Source: Nitrospirota bacterium (GTDB taxonomy: Bacteria; Nitrospirota; Thermodesulfovibrionia; Thermodesulfovibrionales; UBA9159). From it: a stretch of DNA of 64,000 nucleotides. The notes beneath the pieces are model-generated. The model was not told the origin of the DNA. It saw only the letters and a program-made list of their open reading frames with translations, and did not search any database. How positions within the stretch are numbered: the stretch's first letter is position 1; every line of letters begins with the position of its first letter. Below, piece by piece: positions 7,891 to 17,569 of the stretch. The position numbers were made by a program, and so were the translations under genes. The stretch is from positions 448,001 through 512,000 of the forward strand of contig CAVOUE010000005.1 in NCBI GenBank assembly GCA_963699545.1, read 5' to 3'.

Positions 7891-9271
7891 CCAATATCAT
7901 CCCCTCAACCCGATGTTTGGCTTCCTCAATGATCCTTGTCGCCTCTGCCTTCAGCCTTTCGGCTTCAGAGATTCGTCTCTTAACTTCATCGGAGATTTTG
8001 TTCTGGATTTCGAGAGGGGGAATGGGGACTAGAAAATTCTCTATTGTCGATATTGTTATATTCCCTTGTATTGCCCCTATCTTTTCTCTTTCTGTAAAAA
8101 GCTTTGAAATCTTGTTGTTCAGCCATATTGAAACATATTCTTTATTAACTTCATCATTAACACAAAATTTAATCATAAACGAGCCAAAGGCAAACCCATC
8201 TGCCTCTTTTGGAACGACTGCAACAATTCCAACGGAACCGCTTCTGGAAACCAATAAATCCCCTTCATAAACAAACCCACTTCCAATTTCTTTTCTCTTT
8301 GATTCTTCAAGATGGGCTATTTCTGTTAGGTCTATCTTGTTAGGTTCTATATTTAATATTCTAAGCAGAGGTATTCCTTCATCAACATAAACATTCTTAA
8401 TAGAAACACCATAATGGATTTTTGTTACAAATTCTTTCAGCTTCGCTATCCTGTATTTCCCTTTCTCTAATGCCTTCTCAACTTCTTCAAACTTCGGCTG
8501 ATAATACGCAACATCCGCTCTGCTGTTCTGCACTTCTGCAGAGGTGACAACAAAACACATCTCGTCCTCAACCTCCGGAAGTTTTATGCCCAGGTCATCA
8601 AGCACATAACCATCAATCGAATCCAATAGCCTCTGTGCCTTAACTTTTTTTTGTTTCTTCTGGTTGTACGCCGATTGCATGATATCAACGATTTGGGTTT
8701 GGATTTCTATAGATGGAATGGGAATTAATATCTTCTTTACTTCTTCCGTGTTTAATTCGGGGCGAGTAGATTTGTTTCCCCATCTATAAATTTGCTGACT
8801 ACCAACATCAGAAAGCAAATAAGTCTTAAGGTAATATGGATTAACCTCTGGCTTGCAGGTGATTGTTACTAAGTGAGAAGTTATATTCCCCTCTATTAGT
8901 CGGTCAGGAAAGACCGCCGAGTATCCCAAAATTGCTCCTGCCTTAGTTAAAAGAACATCATTTGGCAAGACTCTACTTCTTTTTAATTCGGCGTGTTTTT
9001 CCGGAGATATTTTCACTAGATTATTTTCTGAGATTTCTCCAGTTTTAACATTTGAAACCCTTACAACCGGAATGCCTTCTGTAGTATAGTCTTCGACTTT
9101 TAATTGTGTTCCAAATGGCCCATCGACAATTCTACTGCATATATCACCAATTCTCTTTATTTCATACTTAGATTTTTGTAGCTTATGAATTAACTGCAGA
9201 TATTTAGGGTCATAAAACAGAGGGTCTATTCGTCCCTCGATCTCGTTACTCAAAACCGTAAAACACTGCAT
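7883..9271 (-). CDS. hsdS: Restriction-modification specificity (S) subunit, two TRDs
   Basis: DGPFGTQLK, IPIPSIEIQTQIV and VPIPPLEIQNKI repeats, two-TRD architecture; AT-rich. Confidence 0.9.
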   Translation of the reverse strand: MQCFTVLSNEIEGRIDPLFYDPKYLQLIHKLQKSKYEIKRIGDICSRIVDGPFGTQLKVEDYTTEGIPVVRVSNVKTGEISENNLVKISPEKHAELKRSRVLPNDVLLTKAGAILGYSAVFPDRLIEGNITSHLVTITCKPEVNPYYLKTYLLSDVGSQQIYRWGNKSTRPELNTEEVKKILIPIPSIEIQTQIVDIMQSAYNQKKQKKVKAQRLLDSIDGYVLDDLGIKLPEVEDEMCFVVTSAEVQNSRADVAYYQPKFEEVEKALEKGKYRIAKLKEFVTKIHYGVSIKNVYVDEGIPLLRILNIEPNKIDLTEIAHLEESKRKEIGSGFVYEGDLLVSRSGSVGIVAVVPKEADGFAFGSFMIKFCVNDEVNKEYVSIWLNNKISKLFTEREKIGAIQGNITISTIENFLVPIPPLEIQNKISDEVKRRISEAERLKAEATRIIEEAKHRVEGMILGD

Positions 9272-9272
9272 C

Positions 9273-11096
9273 TTATTTACCCTTCAAGAACTTTTTATAT
9301 TCCGCATAAATCGTATTGAAATCATTTTCTGGGACTTCCCTGCCAGTAGCGTCGTACCCGATGTGGTCTGCTATTGCCATGAAGATTGGATACTTTGCTA
9401 ATCTTTCGTTTTCGCCTTTCCTTCTCAGAAACACAAGCGAAGATTTAACGCCCGCGCCGTAATGGGTGAAGGCGAATTGAGGTAAGGAGACGACTGCTAA
9501 TATCTGGCACTTTTCCATAATAAAGTTCCGCACATATTGCAAAGAAGAATTGGTCAAAATCCCGTCAGGCAATACGATGCCGATTCTGCCGGTCTTCGGT
9601 TTCACAAAATCAATACACCGCTCAATGAACATTACCTCTGTTTTCTGATTCTTCTTACCTTTACCGAGGTCGTATTTCTCCAAATAGTTTTTCTCTGTTG
9701 ATTTGACAGACGCGCCGAATGGGGGATTGGTAAGGATGATGTCGAAATAATCCTTCTTGAAGCCTTTATGTATATCCGTAATCTCTTTAACATCTCTTAG
9801 CGAATCCGTGCTGATCACGTTTGTATGTCCGTCATCGTGTATGATCATGTTCATCTTGCAGACCCTTGCGATCTGGTCGTTAATCTCAATGCCATAAAGA
9901 TTATTCATGGCGAAATTATGCCAGTGCTCCCATGCCTCTTTTTCATCATAATTATCTTCAGCAAACTTTTTCACCAAATCCATTGCGTTCAGTAGAAAGC
10001 CGCCGCTTCCACAGGCGGGGTCTAAGATCAAATCAGTCCTTTCAGGATTGAGCATCTTCACGGCAAATTCAACAATCGGGCGTGGCGTAAAGAATTGCCC
10101 CATCTTGCCTTTAAAAAAGTCCTGCATAAACCGCTCGAATGCAACCCCTTTGGTGTCCAGGTCAATCTTGTTTATAGCCAGCTCTTGCAGGTGCTCAACC
10201 ACATTGTAGACAATCTTTGCGTCTAATCGGATATCTTCCCTGAAAACTTCCGAGTCTTCTTTCTTTGCCTTCTGATATATGGAATCAATCCTATCGTAAA
10301 CCTCGTCTGCCGATTCATGAGTGCCGATCTGGAATTTGTACGTATCGCCCTTCTTCGTGCCTTTTTCGTCTTTCAGTTTACAGAACAGAAGCTTTGATAC
10401 TTCGTCAAAAGCTGTTGTAGGCGCGAGCCTGCCGCCCTGCCAGACAGTATCGTGGGATTTCTCCAGTGCCCTGATGAGTTCTTCTCTGGAGACGATCTTT
10501 AAATCCCTTGCCGGATCGCCCTTGACGAATCTGTATTTCGGCGTTTTTCCATATCTTACAGAAACATCAGAGATTACATTTCGTTCTCTTTCGCTAGGCT
10601 TGAATCCTTCAACATCAAATACTGTCTTTGTAGTGCCAGCGACAACAGCTGCGAACTTTGACCTTAAACTGTTTGCATTTCCAAAGGCTTGTTCAATAGC
10701 CTGCTTGAATTCAGCATCTGAAATGCCATCTTTTTTACACTCAACAACTAAATAAGGTTTCTTTAGCTCCTCGTCTTCATAAATAACAATATCAGCTCTG
10801 TCTTCGGGCTTTCTTCTCGGAACAATGACCTCTAAATCTATCTTTTTACTCGGGTACTCATAGTCCAGAACCAGCTCTGCAAAATAGGAGGCCCTTACTT
10901 TTTCCTCTGGTTTTTTGTAACCCGACGTATAGTCTCGGCTGCAGTGATAGGTGATTTTGGAGTTGTCGTCAGATAAGGAAATGAAACCTTTCTCGATGGC
11001 TCTCTGGATATTTCTCTCAAAGATTGATTCGTGATTGGTTGTTTTTTGTCGTGTCACATCTCTTTCAGGCATACCGTAAGGTATCAGGATTTCCAC
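9273..11096 (-). CDS. Fused HsdR-N-like endonuclease / N6-adenine methyltransferase (type IIB/IIG-like)
   Basis: N-terminal RADIV...VVECK PD-(D/E)xK motif, GQFFTPR, ILDPACGSGGFL, NPPF; start may be ATG at 11072. Confidence 0.9.
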   Translation of the reverse strand: MEILIPYGMPERDVTRQKTTNHESIFERNIQRAIEKGFISLSDDNSKITYHCSRDYTSGYKKPEEKVRASYFAELVLDYEYPSKKIDLEVIVPRRKPEDRADIVIYEDEELKKPYLVVECKKDGISDAEFKQAIEQAFGNANSLRSKFAAVVAGTTKTVFDVEGFKPSERERNVISDVSVRYGKTPKYRFVKGDPARDLKIVSREELIRALEKSHDTVWQGGRLAPTTAFDEVSKLLFCKLKDEKGTKKGDTYKFQIGTHESADEVYDRIDSIYQKAKKEDSEVFREDIRLDAKIVYNVVEHLQELAINKIDLDTKGVAFERFMQDFFKGKMGQFFTPRPIVEFAVKMLNPERTDLILDPACGSGGFLLNAMDLVKKFAEDNYDEKEAWEHWHNFAMNNLYGIEINDQIARVCKMNMIIHDDGHTNVISTDSLRDVKEITDIHKGFKKDYFDIILTNPPFGASVKSTEKNYLEKYDLGKGKKNQKTEVMFIERCIDFVKPKTGRIGIVLPDGILTNSSLQYVRNFIMEKCQILAVVSLPQFAFTHYGAGVKSSLVFLRRKGENERLAKYPIFMAIADHIGYDATGREVPENDFNTIYAEYKKFLKGK

Positions 11097-11129
11097 TATT
11101 TTTCAAGTAACGCTTGATATAATACCCCC

Positions 11130-12614
11130 ATGAATTCTTATGCCCGTCTTATTCCCCGGCTAAACGGTGGAGAGATTGAGGAGAAGTTCTCCTATTATCT
11201 CGACCTCGTAAAGAAAGGGGTCGCCGGTTTCATCGTGTTCGGCGGAGAGCTTGAGACAGTCCGGGCGAGACTGGCAGAGCTTCAGGCAGCTTCTCATTAT
11301 CCGCTCATCATCGCCTCTGACCTGGAGCAGGGGCTGGGTCAGCAGATAGAAGGCGGCACGGTTTTCCCTCCTGCGATGGCGATCGCGTCTGCAATCACGC
11401 CCCCGTCGCCCCCCCTTGCCAAGGGGGGGAATGAGAGGGGGGTGAGTTCCAAGTTAAACCTACTGAGAAAAACATTCAAGGCTATTGCGCTTGAGGCCCG
11501 GTATGCCGGAATCAATACGATATTCGCCCCTGTTCTGGATATCAATACGAACCCGGATAATCCTATCATCGCCACGAGGGCATTCGGCGAAGACCCCGCA
11601 ACCGTCTCCTTTTTTGGGTGCGAGATGATCAAAGTGCTGCAGCGCAACGGGATCATCGCGTGCGGGAAACACTTTCCCGGACACGGCGATACAGAGGTCG
11701 ACTCACATATCAGCCTCCCTGTCGTCAGGAAGGGTCTCCATTCCCTGGAGCAGAACGAACTCGTCCCCTTTAAGAAAGCGGTCGGCGAGGGAGTGGACAT
11801 GATAATGCTCGGCCATCTGAGTGTCCCCGCCCTTGACCCTTCAGAAAGGCCCGCGTCCCTTTCAGATAAGGCGGTCGCGTACCTGAGGGACAGAATGGAG
11901 TTCGGTGGAGCAATTATTACCGATGCGATGAACATGGGAGGGATTGGTCGGTATACGGAGAAAGAGGCATCCCTTATGGCCCTCAACGCGGGTGTTGACA
12001 TCATCCTCCATCCCTCAGACCCCGATGCCGTGGCAGCGTATCTGTTGGAAAAGAATTGCTTCACGAGTAAGACCACATCCTTGTCATTCCCCGGCTTGAC
12101 CGGGGAATCCAGAAACGCTCTGGATGCCCGATTAAGAACTTCGGGCATGACATATGAAGAAATTGATTTCGCCTCACACCAGAGGCTTTCTGATGAGCTT
12201 GCGGGCATGGCTGTCACTATAGAAGGGAAAAGTGATCTGAGGCTAACGAAGCCTTTCATGATCATCCTGAAGGAGGACAAGGTCGAGAGGGGCGGGCACT
12301 TTGCGAATGCATTGAAGAAGAGATACGCGGGTTTTCGTTATTGCTCCGTCATGCCCGGAGATGAGATACCATGGTCTGCACTTCCGAGGGGCCATGACCT
12401 TTTGGTCGGCGTGTTCTCACAGGTGAAGGCGTGGAAGGGTCAGACTGGCGCATGGGTTCGAAGAGCAGTTGAAAGCCTCGATGGCAGGGCAAGGCTTTTC
12501 ATATCCTTCGGGAACCCCTATGTCCTCAGGAACGTGAGGGATGCCGCCAGGATATACGCCTATTGGGATTCCCGGTCAGCCCAGGAGTCAGTGGCCGAAA
12601 GACTGCTGATGTAG
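11130..12614 (+). CDS. nagZ: Glycoside hydrolase family 3, beta-N-acetylhexosaminidase
   Basis: APVLDIN, KHFPGHGDTEVDSH, IITDAMNM. Confidence 0.9.
   Translation: MNSYARLIPRLNGGEIEEKFSYYLDLVKKGVAGFIVFGGELETVRARLAELQAASHYPLIIASDLEQGLGQQIEGGTVFPPAMAIASAITPPSPPLAKGGNERGVSSKLNLLRKTFKAIALEARYAGINTIFAPVLDINTNPDNPIIATRAFGEDPATVSFFGCEMIKVLQRNGIIACGKHFPGHGDTEVDSHISLPVVRKGLHSLEQNELVPFKKAVGEGVDMIMLGHLSVPALDPSERPASLSDKAVAYLRDRMEFGGAIITDAMNMGGIGRYTEKEASLMALNAGVDIILHPSDPDAVAAYLLEKNCFTSKTTSLSFPGLTGESRNALDARLRTSGMTYEEIDFASHQRLSDELAGMAVTIEGKSDLRLTKPFMIILKEDKVERGGHFANALKKRYAGFRYCSVMPGDEIPWSALPRGHDLLVGVFSQVKAWKGQTGAWVRRAVESLDGRARLFISFGNPYVLRNVRDAARIYAYWDSRSAQESVAERLLM
11395..11445. repeat. GC-rich palindromic element translated in frame inside nagZ (ITPPSPPLAKGGNERGV)
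   Basis: CCCCCCCTT-GCC-AAGGGGGGG hairpin within outer TCAC...GTGA. Confidence 0.65.
12082..12152. repeat. 71-bp palindromic element translated in frame inside nagZ (SFPGLTGESRNALDARLRTSGMT)
   Basis: TGTCAT...ATGACA termini, inner hairpins ATTCCCCGG/CCGGGGAAT and ATGCCCGA/TCGGGCAT. Confidence 0.7.
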
Positions 12615-12667
12615 TGCGGGTATCGGAAATAAGTCTACATTCTTTTGCACAGCCTCACCTCCCGTTC

Positions 12668-13378
12668 TCACTTCCCCGTCTGTTTCTGCATCTCCTCGGC
12701 AGCTTTTCTTGCCTCCTCAGCCTGCTTCTGTAACACCTCAGCCTGTTTCTGAATCTCCTCTGCCTGTTTCTGCATTGCCTTTGATGTCTCTTCCATCTGC
12801 TTCTGGAATTTCACCGCCTCCCGCGAAAACCTCCTGGCTGCGAACTGTGAGCTGATGCTCGCGAGTATCAATAACCCACCGATAATACCGAACACAAGCC
12901 TCGCTTTTTGAGAAGGGATGGCATGCACCTCCACACTGGCAATGATGATCAGGCATGTCGCAAGGACGATACCTATCGCAGAGCCCGCATAAGGGATTAT
13001 GCCGAGCACCGCATTGATGGGAGCTATGGCCGAAATATATGCCCCGCACCGATAGGCGGTTTCATACGATTCCTGGGATCCCATGAGCTTCCAGATCACA
13101 AAGAGTATTGCGGCCCCGACAAAGCCGAATACCGCGACCGCGACCGGAACCACAATTATTGATCCCGCAGCAGCGGCAACCCCCATACTGAACCCCAGAC
13201 CGATGATGCTGAGCACTGCGTGGATGAGACCTCCGATGAGGCCCATCACCACCATGAATATGAGAGGCCCCACAAAGCCCCCTGTCTTCGGCATCTCTCT
13301 GAAAAAGGCGGACGGGGAAGTCAATACCCTGATCGCATTCTGCGGGATACCGGAAAGATTAACACCTTTTGTCTCCAT
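12668..13378 (-). CDS. YIP1 family membrane protein with C-terminal coiled coil
   Basis: VLTSPSAFFREM, five hydrophobic segments, QKQAEE repeats; start re-set to METKG. Confidence 0.8.
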   Translation of the reverse strand: METKGVNLSGIPQNAIRVLTSPSAFFREMPKTGGFVGPLIFMVVMGLIGGLIHAVLSIIGLGFSMGVAAAAGSIIVVPVAVAVFGFVGAAILFVIWKLMGSQESYETAYRCGAYISAIAPINAVLGIIPYAGSAIGIVLATCLIIIASVEVHAIPSQKARLVFGIIGGLLILASISSQFAARRFSREAVKFQKQMEETSKAMQKQAEEIQKQAEVLQKQAEEARKAAEEMQKQTGK

Positions 13379-13568
13379 CGTTACTCTCCCTTCTTTCATT
13401 ATGGAATCGCTCGCTTGACAATACATGGCAGAGAACACCTTGTCAAGGTGAATCTCATACTGAAACTTGAGGTTTGGAGGAAGTTGACATGACTTTCTTA
13501 AATGCTCTATTCTTTCTCAGACGTCATGGTGTGATACTCTCAACTTTTTGACAGTAGCTAAGGAAGTA

Positions 13569-13832
13569 ATGCATACGGATGAATATGAGATCTCCCTTTC
13601 CAGAGAACTGGATGTCTGCAAAAAGACTATCGGGAAATTGCAGAAATCCCTCCGCATAATAGAAAAAAAATATAATACAACGACAGACAAGTTCGTTGAA
13701 GAGTACCCGAGTAACCGATTCCCGTCTCAGGACAAGGATTTCATTAACTGGCACAGTGATTATGAAGCGCTCAGGAGATGGGAAGAGAGGCAGAGGCAAT
13801 TTGAGGAAATATTTCACCGCATGAAGATATAA
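13569..13832 (+). CDS. Hypothetical protein
   Basis: 87-aa ORF with AAGGA RBS, helical, ends at the shared terminator. Confidence 0.6.
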   Translation: MHTDEYEISLSRELDVCKKTIGKLQKSLRIIEKKYNTTTDKFVEEYPSNRFPSQDKDFINWHSDYEALRRWEERQRQFEEIFHRMKI

Positions 13833-13847
13833 AGGGATTCTATTATC

Positions 13848-13878
13848 CTCTTCCCTCCCCGAAACGGGGAGGGAAGAG
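13848..13878. terminator. Hairpin terminator between convergent genes
   Basis: CTCTTCCCTCCCCG-AAA-CGGGGAGGGAAGAG perfect 14-bp stem. Confidence 0.8.
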
Positions 13879-13886
13879 TTTCTCTC

Positions 13887-14048
13887 TCAGTGTCCGCCGG
13901 GGAAGAACGTGTAGCTTACCCACACAAGGATTCCCAACAGAGCGGCTCCGATTATGAGACTGTAGCTGATGAGCTTCTTCTCCACAGGAAGTAGTGGCTC
14001 ATACTCCATTTTTTTAAGTTCTTCTGCTAATTTTGGTTCATCAGGCAT
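13887..14048 (-). CDS. 53-aa single-TM protein accompanying the transporter (not in ORF track)
   Basis: Manual translation MPDEPKLAEELKKMEYEPLLPVEKKLISYSLIIGAALLGILVWVSYTFFPGGH; AAGGAGGT RBS. Confidence 0.8.
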   Translation of the reverse strand: MPDEPKLAEELKKMEYEPLLPVEKKLISYSLIIGAALLGILVWVSYTFFPGGH

Positions 14049-14064
14049 ACATACCTCCTTTCTT

Positions 14065-15870
14065 TTACCCGGTGATTATCGGCGGTTTTACTCCATGGAA
14101 GAATATCCATGAGATAACCAACCCTATCCATATGATGAAACCAAACAGGCAGAGAACGTACACAGCTGCCAGTTTCCCGATGCCTTCTTCCCATAGTTTC
14201 TTGAAGTTGGAAACAACTCCAATAGCAAAGAAAGTGAGGAGGAAGAACATCACCCTGAACGAATTGCTTCCGTCTGTTGCTATCTTGGCATTTGTTAAAG
14301 TTGCCTTTTGGTCCTTGATCTGGTCGCTTAAGCCTTTCAGCTTGTCTTTCGCAGCAGTGATTTTTTCGTTTAAGGCCGCCAGCGCTGCCGGGTCTGTTGT
14401 TGTTGGAAGCTGTTTGTCCGCCTTGGAAAGCTCCTCTTTCAAGGTGCCGATCTCCTTTTCAACAGGTTGCACCGTTCTGGTAGCAGGCAAACAGACTATC
14501 AGCAGCAGCACGAACGTCATGACATACCCTAATACAAACTTCGGGAACCTGTTCCATATCTCGCCTGCCCCGATCTTTTCACCCGGTTTGCACTCAATCT
14601 TGGCGCACCATATATAGGCAAGTATGAACGCCCACACCCCGATAAAGATATCGATGAACAGCTTTACCGTTGTGGCGGTCATAGTCAGCCAGCCTTCCTT
14701 GTAATTCACGCCTTCCATTGCCATTGCCTTTGCCCTCACAAGGGCATCAGTAACTGCACCGCTTGCAACTGCTGCGCCATCGGTCTTTACCGCAAGACCC
14801 ATCCACGCGCCTGCCACCAGCGGCTCTTTCCATAAGAAGGTCTGCGCCATGAAGGGGAGAACAATAAGCTCAATCACGGCAAAGATAACGACCAGCGAAG
14901 ATACCATTATCGGCACTATGGGCCTCGCCCTTATGGCGCCTCCTGTTGCGATGGCCGCCGAAACGCCGCAGATCGATATCCCAGAGGCTAGAGGGGCAGC
15001 CCACTCCCTGCTGAACTTAAAGTACTTCCTGGCGACAAAGTATACCAGCGCCCAGTAGATCAGGTAGGCCTCCACAATGGCGCAAAGACCCCTGAACATC
15101 ACCGCAGTCGCCAGCCCGAAGGACTCAGCCGCCTTAACACCGAGCAGCGCACCCATCAGGACGATGCCGGTTTTGATATACAGCTCAGGTCTTATGACAT
15201 CTTTCAGATACTGTGAGAATTTAGGGAAAAAGTTACCGACAACGAGACCGGTAATAAGCGCGACAATAAAACCTGCCTCGCCCGTCAGTTTCAGTGACCA
15301 CGGAATTCCTGCTTTCTTGGCATCTGTTGCTGCTATATATACGTAGTGTCCAATAAGCCAGCACGCATAGCTTATCCAGAAGACAATGGTGAACCCCACA
15401 ATGAACTTGCCGATATTCACACGCAATGCTGCTGCGCCAACCAACATCACGACAAGCATGAAAAGATAGGTGAGGAGCAAAGACGTGAACCCGGTTATTC
15501 CCGATTCATATTTGTCGCCGACCTTAAGTCCTGCGGTATCCTTTACCGTGATGGTATCTTCTTTTCCATCCGCCTTCTTGAGAGTCACCTTCTGACCCTC
15601 GATCTTTGTAATCTCTCCCTTTACCAAGGCATAGTTCTTCGTTGTTGCAGAGGTCGCTTTTGAAATGTCAGCCCATGGTTTTGTTGCTATTCCCCATCCA
15701 AGGATATCCGCTCCTCCAAATGCAAAAAGCGAAAGGACAAAGATGAAGAGTCCAAGCCACAGAGAGAGCCAATCCTCGCTTATTCCCTTTTTCTTTTCCG
15801 GTGCACAGGTCGCAGGGGTATCACATTTGGCCCCGGTCAGCTTGTCTTCATCTATTCTTTCTTCTTCCAT
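14065..15870 (-). CDS. Putative sulfate exporter (PSE/YeiH) family transporter
   Basis: SEDWLSLWLG, ASGISICGVSAAIATGGAI, FPKFVLG; many TM segments. Confidence 0.85.
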   Translation of the reverse strand: MEEERIDEDKLTGAKCDTPATCAPEKKKGISEDWLSLWLGLFIFVLSLFAFGGADILGWGIATKPWADISKATSATTKNYALVKGEITKIEGQKVTLKKADGKEDTITVKDTAGLKVGDKYESGITGFTSLLLTYLFMLVVMLVGAAALRVNIGKFIVGFTIVFWISYACWLIGHYVYIAATDAKKAGIPWSLKLTGEAGFIVALITGLVVGNFFPKFSQYLKDVIRPELYIKTGIVLMGALLGVKAAESFGLATAVMFRGLCAIVEAYLIYWALVYFVARKYFKFSREWAAPLASGISICGVSAAIATGGAIRARPIVPIMVSSLVVIFAVIELIVLPFMAQTFLWKEPLVAGAWMGLAVKTDGAAVASGAVTDALVRAKAMAMEGVNYKEGWLTMTATTVKLFIDIFIGVWAFILAYIWCAKIECKPGEKIGAGEIWNRFPKFVLGYVMTFVLLLIVCLPATRTVQPVEKEIGTLKEELSKADKQLPTTTDPAALAALNEKITAAKDKLKGLSDQIKDQKATLTNAKIATDGSNSFRVMFFLLTFFAIGVVSNFKKLWEEGIGKLAAVYVLCLFGFIIWIGLVISWIFFHGVKPPIITG

Positions 15871-16040
15871 ACCTGACCTCCTTCCTTAACGTATTTCTCA
15901 CCCCAAAAAACTTCCTCAGACATCTTTTCTGAAAGGACTATTCTCCTAACTTTCCACCTCCTTCCGACAGATCTTCCGCCGTCATCAGAACCTATTATGA
16001 ATCATAGGGATTTTTTCGGGAAAGTCAAATGATCCTCCGC

Positions 16041-16313
16041 TTAATAGCCCCCTGTTTTCGGCTTGACCTCTTTCGTTACCTTGCCGTCCTTTACCGCTAC
16101 GCCCTCGCCGACCTTAACACCGCCGGTGTCTTTCACTTTGACTTTCGTTTCTTTTCCCTTGTCGTCTTTTATGGTAATCTCATATTCGGACGGTACGATT
16201 TTCGTTACGGTGCCCTTTATGGCACCCTTCTCTTCTTGATGTCCGCAATGACCCACGCCTGCAACGCTGAAAGTAAATACAAAAACCATAAGAAATGCCA
16301 AAACGGTTCTCAT
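16041..16313 (-). CDS. Small secreted beta-barrel/OB-like protein
   Basis: Signal peptide then IKGTVTKI...KVKVKDTGGVKVGE. Confidence 0.7.
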   Translation of the reverse strand: MRTVLAFLMVFVFTFSVAGVGHCGHQEEKGAIKGTVTKIVPSEYEITIKDDKGKETKVKVKDTGGVKVGEGVAVKDGKVTKEVKPKTGGY

Positions 16314-16338
16314 TCTCTTCCACCTCCTTTGACTCTTG

Positions 16339-17310
16339 TCATTTTTTTAATTCCTCCACCGCCTTTTTCAGTTCATCCACAGCCTTTATCGCGTCGTTCA
16401 CCCTTACAAAATCATACCAGTTCTCGTTGGCGGCAGGGTAATCCACGTTGCTCCCGTAAATGATCCATGAATCATCATAATTGGCGGGGTCCTTGAAACC
16501 CATCAGCCTCAATTCCAGATAGATAAGGGTTGAGCGTGTCCCCGTCTGGCAGTATGGTATGGTGCGCTTGCTCTTGTCCAGCTTGTCAAAGATCTTCTCC
16601 AGTTCGTCCATGGAATGGATCTTCCCCGACTGGACATCGTAGGTCTTTATATGGGAGACATTTTTCGTGGTATTCGGGATATGGCCTCCCCTCAGTGCAC
16701 GGATATCGTTCCCACCATACTCTTTTTCGGTCCTCGAATCAATGACCTGCGCTCCCTTGCTTTCACCCTTTGCGATCTTTACCATCTCATCAGTGGTGGC
16801 GATCCTGCTCTTTGCGACCTTCGCCTTGAAGGATGCGGGAGAGACTTGCTTAGCTTCCTTTTCGATGGACTTGCCGCCCTCTTTCCAGGCTTCTATCCCG
16901 CCGTCCAGGAAAAAGACCTTATCGTGGCCGAGATATTCAAGTATCCAGAAGGCTACGGAGGCGCTCGTTATGAGCCTTGCGTCGGCATAGACCGCGACAG
17001 GTTTATCCATGCTGACTCCCGCATTGCCCAGGAGCTTTTCAAGGTCTTCAGTCTTTTTTGCCCTCAGCGTAGTATCCCTGAGGACCTTGCCGCATGCCCC
17101 CCCGAGGGTTATCGCACCGGGAATGTGACCGGCTGCATAGGCCTTGTCATCCCTGCAATCGATCACGACCCACTTTCCCATGTTCTTCTGCACATCCGAC
17201 GGCGATACCAGTAACTGCGGATTTGCATAGTCTGCAGCAAACACTGACGCGCTCATGAACAGAGAGATAACGATTAGTAGCGCTGTAGTTAGCCTGCCTG
17301 TCTGTCTCAT
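16339..17310 (-). CDS. Exported two-domain rhodanese / sulfurtransferase
   Basis: Signal peptide (VFA), GHIPGA, LDGGIEAW, active-site YCQTGTR, NYDDSW. Confidence 0.92.
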   Translation of the reverse strand: MRQTGRLTTALLIVISLFMSASVFAADYANPQLLVSPSDVQKNMGKWVVIDCRDDKAYAAGHIPGAITLGGACGKVLRDTTLRAKKTEDLEKLLGNAGVSMDKPVAVYADARLITSASVAFWILEYLGHDKVFFLDGGIEAWKEGGKSIEKEAKQVSPASFKAKVAKSRIATTDEMVKIAKGESKGAQVIDSRTEKEYGGNDIRALRGGHIPNTTKNVSHIKTYDVQSGKIHSMDELEKIFDKLDKSKRTIPYCQTGTRSTLIYLELRLMGFKDPANYDDSWIIYGSNVDYPAANENWYDFVRVNDAIKAVDELKKAVEELKK

Positions 17311-17447
17311 CTTACCTCCTCTATGGGTTTTCTCGTGTGAATTTCACAATCTCCTTTTGATACTCGAAAAGTTTCTTGAAGTGCATTATGTAAAAGGCGG
17401 GTCAGAATCATGCACGTATCTGTTCAGGCCGTCCATGCTACGAAAGA

Positions 17448-17463
17448 AGCAAGGGAGATGCCA
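17448..17463 (-). promoter_or_regulatory. Sigma-54 -24/-12 promoter of the rhodanese operon
   Basis: Minus strand TGGCAT-CTCCC-TTGCT vs consensus TGGCAC-N5-TTGCW. Confidence 0.85.
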
Positions 17464-17514
17464 CTCTTATTACCCATGAAGTATATGGTTTATTTTCGAA
17501 AGCGTGTGAGAAGC

Positions 17515-17564
17515 TGTTACCATAAGGGAACACGGAGATCGTTGTATGTTCCCGGAAGGGAGCA
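17515..17564. promoter_or_regulatory. Tandem enhancer (UAS) palindromes
   Basis: TGTTACCATAAGGGAACA (17515-17532) and TGTTCCCGGAAGGGAGCA (17547-17564), 32 bp apart. Confidence 0.7.
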
Positions 17565-17569
17565 TATCC

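Noticed and set aside
11339-12280. 313-aa antisense ORF
   Set aside because: Shadow of nagZ on the opposite strand, with no recognisable motifs.
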